A stretch of 64,000 nucleotides of DNA, from assembly GCF_009914755.1 (NCBI RefSeq), contig NC_060928.1; one strand, 5' to 3'. Both the position numbers and the translations under genes were made by a program. Positions 57,574-64,000 of the stretch are shown here, piece after piece (position 1 is the stretch's first letter; the number at the start of each line of letters is the position of its first letter). The notes below the pieces were generated by a model. The model had not been told where the DNA came from. It saw nothing but the letters and a program-made list of their open reading frames with translations, and did not search any database. This stretch comes from the human T2T-CHM13v2.0 reference genome, Homo sapiens.

Positions 57574-58580
57574 TCAGACACAGCAATTGCTGTGTCTGAA
57601 TTATACAATGCATCTTTGTCAGTCATCTGTACCAAATGGTCTAGATTAACTGGGGTTTTTTTTTTTTTTTTGGAGGGGGGGGCGTTGTTGTTTGTTTGTT
57701 TGTTTGGATCTAAGGGTACTTCTGCAGGTGCAGAAGAAAGTTAAGGGAAATACATTAATAAATGTGACTAATTTTGTCATTATCCAAACTACACTACTCA
57801 TTTGATAACTACCACCTAATGAAAATTGAAAAGTCCTGAGGACTGGACTCCAGACAGGTACTTTCAAATGCATCATAACTGGGAACACCTTGAGATATGT
57901 GGTTCGAGAAAGTAAGCTGATATCCTACCAAGAGTGTCTCTCCTGGGAGGTGGTGACAAATGCTCCTCAAGACTTCTCCTGTTTCCTCCTAAATCTTGGG
58001 AACTCCTTTAAGACGCCCTCATCTTCATAGTACCAAATGAAAGAAAATCAATTGCATTTGAAACAATTTGCCACATAAGAAAATAAACAAACATGGAAAA
58101 GGAGACACATTCGTGTGAATCTCAGGGGAAATCTTATTTTTCAGATATTGATGAAATAGCAAAAGAAACAAGATGAGTTTAGAATACCATCATCCATTCC
58201 TGCTTCTTTTGAATCCATTTCCCTTATCTTTAGTGCAGAAAAGGAAACTGATTAGATACATTACTGTGTAGCAAAAGTTGTACTCAAATTTTGAAAGTGT
58301 TTCCCTCCTTTTTAAAAAACTAAATGTTTCTCTTTTTTAGAAAGTGAATTTTCTCTATTGAGAAGATACCATGACCACTAGGCAGAATTATATATTTAGT
58401 TGTGCTAGAGCACTGATGACTTCTTTTATGATGATTTTTTTAAATGTTTAAATATTCCTCATAAACCTGCAAAACTTAAGTGCTAGACTCTATAACGTTT
58501 CATAGTTAATAGACCCATTTGCAACAGCAATGAGAAAAATTTAAATTTAAGTCCAGACACGTCACATAAAATTATTGACT

Positions 58581-58892
<312 letters not shown>

Positions 58893-59084
58893 TTATTGAC
58901 GGGCTAAAATATTCTGGAAAATCTAATAAACTAAACATATTGATGTGAGCATGAACACAATATATATTGTAGATTTCTTGTTCCTATCACAAGCAAGTAA
59001 CTTTAAGGGCAAAGCACACCAAAAAAAAAAAGCCTTTTACATAATTCAAAGCTGTCCATACTTTCTTTTATCCTCTTCCATTCT

Positions 59085-59239
59085 TTTTTATTATTTTTTT
59101 TTAATTTTTATTTATTTATTTTTTATTATACTTTAAGTTTCTAGGGTACATGTGCACAACATGCAGGTTTGTTACATATGTATACATGTGCCATGTTGGT
59201 GTGCTGCACCCATTAACTCGTCATTTACATTAGGTATAT
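59085..59239 (-). mobile_element. Very short L1PA (L1PA4-6-like) 3' end
   Basis: ttattatactttaagtttctagggtacatgtgcacaac...cattaactcgtcatttacattaggtatat, the primate L1 3' terminus. Confidence 0.92.
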
Positions 59240-59719
59240 AACAGTATCTTCAAGACAAGGGGAGGAAGGGAAGACACACTGCAATATACATCTGGACATA
59301 TTTTAAAGATATTCACGATAGAAGAAAGCACAAATTAATGAATAAACAATTGGATAGATGACGTGCCTTGTTTGATGTGAGAACACTTAATAAAAGGTTA
59401 AAATTAATGAGCTAAGGGAAGAAAACATGGCTAAAAGGGCTGGTAGCTCTGTAAGGGTGGGGACAGGGCGGGGAACAGAGTCAGGGAGACAAACAGGATG
59501 CTGGGAGGTGAGAAATAAGGGTGGGGAGTAGTGGGCAATCTCAAGAGGAACTAACAAGGCCGTTGCTTATAGTTACCCAGAAAACCTACGAACAATAACA
59601 GACAAGCAGATGCAGCTCAGAAAGAAACAGCGGAGCAGCTAGAAGCCCCTCCTGCTGAGACAACGCACCAGACACGTTAATGGTGTTTGGGGGCTGCAGG
59701 TCATCTCTCACATACTCAC

Positions 59720-59764
59720 ATCCACAACTGCTGACACCTCTGTTTCCCGTCGAATCAACAGATC
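59720..59764 (-). other. Candidate 45-nt exon
   Basis: Acceptor gtcttttgccag|GATC, donor GAT|gtgagt; CpG-retaining unique island; two open frames (DLLIRRETEVSAVVD or SVDSTGNRGVSSCG). Confidence 0.45.
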
Positions 59765-60061
59765 CTGGCAAAAGACCCCCAGAGAGGATGAATGGACCTT
59801 GATCCAGGAGTTTTAATATATTCCTATCTCTTCAGAAATAGGAACTTCGGCTCTACTCATTCTAGTTTGCTGGCTTTTCTATTTTTGGTTTTGGTGGGTT
59901 TTTTTTGTTTTGTTTTGTTTTTTGTGTTTGTTTTTAGCTTTTCTTCTTTGGAAAGGTTTGTCAAGTAAATACTGTTACGTGTCATTTTGAAGAGGAAATT
60001 CCAGTTCCAAGAACCAGCACAGGTCCAACTATCCAAGCAGTCTTTAAAAAGCCAAAGAGTC

Positions 60062-60363
<302 letters not shown>

Positions 60364-60586
60364 CCACAGTCAATAAAAGACGTTTGCCTTCTCTCACTGC
60401 CCTTGATTCCTAGAGCCTCCCTCTTCACCACCTCCTGCCCCGCTAGACTCAGCCCCCTTCAAAATCCCAATCAAAGGACTGCACCTCTGGCTCTGAGGTG
60501 CTTTCAAAGGGCCAACTTGCAAAACTGTGCTTCAGATCTGACACTTAATCATACACAACTTGCCCGTTTCTTTCTTTCTTAGCGGT

Positions 60587-60878
60587 TTTTTTTTTTTTTT
60601 TTTGAGACAGTCACTCTGTCGCCCAGGCTGGAGTGCAGTGGCACAATCTCGGCTCACTGCAAAGTCGCCTCGCAGGTTCAAGCGATTCTTCTCCCTCAGC
60701 CTCCGGAGTAGCTGGGATTATAGACACGTGCCACCACGCCCAGCTAATTTTTGTATTTTTAGTAGAGACAGGGTTTCACCATGTTAGCTAGGCTGGCCTC
60801 GAACTCCTGACCTCAAGTGATCCACCACCTCAGCCTCCCAAAATGCTGGGATTACAGGCGTGAGCCACCATGCCTGGC
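60587..60878 (-). mobile_element. Alu (AluS)
   Basis: Antisense Alu dimer. Confidence 0.94.
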
Positions 60879-61966
60879 ATTTTAGCTATTTTTTAAAACA
60901 CACTTGTTTCTTATTACAAAAGGAATACATGCTCATTAAAGAAAAAAACTCAGAATATTGAAAGGCAAAGAAAAAATATCCCCCCTACTCCTATCACTTG
61001 GATATGAGCATTATTATCATTTTCATGTTTTTGTGTATTAGCAAATCTTTTTTAATTGCCAGGGTGATGAAGAACTCTCCACTGTTCATGTGGGAGAACC
61101 ATGTGTTTAATTTTTTCTAGGACAGATCAGCAAAACTTCCAAAGCATTTGTGAAGGCAGAATGGCTTGCCAGGTTGGGAGACCAAGGAATAAAAGGCTGA
61201 AGTCCTCTTCCCAGCCAAGTACCAGGGGAGCCTGTGCAACTGAGCTTTTACACGGAGGGAAATGCTTCAAACTTCAGGGTTTTGGAAGTGTGGGCATGCA
61301 ATGCACTTGGAATGAGCAGAAAAGAAAAGGTGGCAAGACCACTTCCCTAGAGCACAGTGTACACCCTGCCTCTTTGCTGGCTTAGTCACTAAGGTAGAAA
61401 AATGCTCACACGTGCACATGTACATGTGCATGTGTGTACAGGGTGAGAGAGAGAGAGATGACATATGTATATATACATGAATAGATGTATGCACCCTTTG
61501 CTTGCTGCCTTCTGCTCTGCACTGTTGGAGCTTTATACTGACATTAAACTTCATGTCATTTTTATATGCTATCATGCCACTCACCTGCTTAAAAACCTTC
61601 TGTGGTTTCCCGATGTCAAATTCCAATTTTCTCCACAACATGGCCTTGACTGACCTCTCCTACCTTATCTCACTCCACTCCTAAGTGACCCAGGTTCCTG
61701 TTGGACCCTTTGCCTCCATGCCCTTTCCAGATCCTAAAATGTGATTTCTAGCCCCTTCTGCAGCCATGAAGTTCTAACACAGATATCACCTCCTCCATGA
61801 AGATTTTGAGGATTTCCTGACCAGATGTCATTTCTTTTGCAAGACTGTAAGCTCCTTGAAGACAAAAACCAAACCACACATTACTGCTCATATTTTGGAC
61901 AAATAAATTTACCTTTTTATCCATTTAATTCTCATATCATTGTCCTTTTCTAAATTTTATTCATTA

Positions 61967-62323
<357 letters not shown>

Positions 62324-62885
62324 TTATTATTTCTGCATTGTGTAATAATTAAGCAGAATAATACATATATTCTCTCTAATTCCTTGAATGCAGGGATTAT
62401 GTCATACATATTTCTTGCACTATCACCCCCACCCGAGACCTATGGTAAAAGTTCAAGCAATACTAACTGAAGTAGATTAAATTCAAGATTTAAATGCCAA
62501 TAATTATTCCTTAACATAGAGGAGAGGGATGGAAACATAAAGAGTCCACCTTACTCCAAAATAGTTGAAAAACAGCCTCATTCCAAAACAAGGGAGGTAG
62601 TTTTTCTTACTTTGTGGGTCTCCCATTCTTTACTTACTCTGACTACCAGCACAGGAAAAATCTAGGTAGTCTCCAACTCAGCAAGAAGTTGCAGTCTCTT
62701 TGTATGTGTAGGACATTGATTTGGAAATTATAAATAATTTCTCTTTGAAGTCATAGTATAAATAATGTTTTAAGGTCTCTGACAGGTCTCCAAAAGTTGA
62801 CTGAAACTCTTAATAAAGAAGAAATAATATGTTTTCAATAAAAAGTAGAAAATAAAACTACTGACATATTTTACTTGCAAAATAA

Positions 62886-63215
<330 letters not shown>

Positions 63216-64000
63216 TGATTATTTTTAATTTGAATAATCATGATTCAAGGAAAGCAGATTTAACTATAGAAAAAGGATATCTTCTAACCATTCTCTCCTG
63301 GTGGCTATCTTCCATGTTTCTCAGACATTTTTTTTTTTTTTTAATGGAATTAAGACATGACTTGAGGGCCTAAGTCTTACTCTGCCCATAGCTCTGAGTA
63401 ATTTCAGGATCCACAAGGAACCATGTTTAACACCCCAGTCACTCTTTTCACTCATCTCTTCATCTTCAGGGATCTTCTCCACTCCCTTCTAGTTCTCCCA
63501 CTTCCGCAGGCACTCCCTGGACCGCACCATCCCCTAGGACTGCTTCACCTCTAAATACTAAACTTACAGGTAGGTCCCCATTCTCTGACAACTCACCTCC
63601 TAACCTTCCAGGTCACTCACTCCATTATTCCCAAGACACCCATTCTTCAACCTATTTGGAATGTCCAGTTCACCAATCCCTTGGCTATTTCTCTACAGCC
63701 TTATTCTGTTTTACCTCTCTGAGTTAGATCCCAAGAACCAACATTTCCACTGTGCCACTGTCCTTGGATTGCACTGTCCTGCCAAACACAATCCAAGACA
63801 ACTGTCCACCTGCACTAGAAATGCTGAGAGCTTCTGGAGGTGGGAGTGGATCATACATCCAGTCTGATCTTCACCAGAACTCATGGTCACCTAACTCAAC
63901 CTCGGTATTTCCTGGCAATTCTAAATTAGATGGATGGATAGATAATAAAGGTGGAAACTTGCAGAGATGATGCAGAGAATCTCCACACCTTTTGTAATGT

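Overview
Human (primate) non-coding genomic DNA, intronic or intergenic, dominated by interspersed repeats. It holds about 47 Alu copies, including a 5'-truncated human-specific AluYa5. It also holds a full-length solo LTR12C (ERV9), two LTR1-like solo LTRs, MaLR LTRs, an ERVL gag/pol remnant, old L1M and L2 fragments, MIRs and several DNA-transposon fossils (hAT/Charlie, MER30, Tigger2a, MER47, MER33, MER58). No recognisable protein-coding gene, RNA gene or CRISPR array is present, and nearly all listed ORFs are repeat-derived or chance. Some repeat-free islands carry minus-strand splice-site pairs, promoter-like motifs and poly(A) signals. These suggest, but do not prove, that the window lies in a large minus-strand transcription unit that I could not identify. 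The most unusual features seen directly are a tiny TSD-flanked retro-insertion (21 nt plus A-rich tail, possibly U5 snRNA-derived) at 38.6 kb, three tail-less Alus (one ending in a perfect 26-bp palindrome) and two three-armed Alus. I found no convincing evidence of a new biological system. Repeat family names come from recalled consensus sequences, and boundaries of old repeats are approximate.
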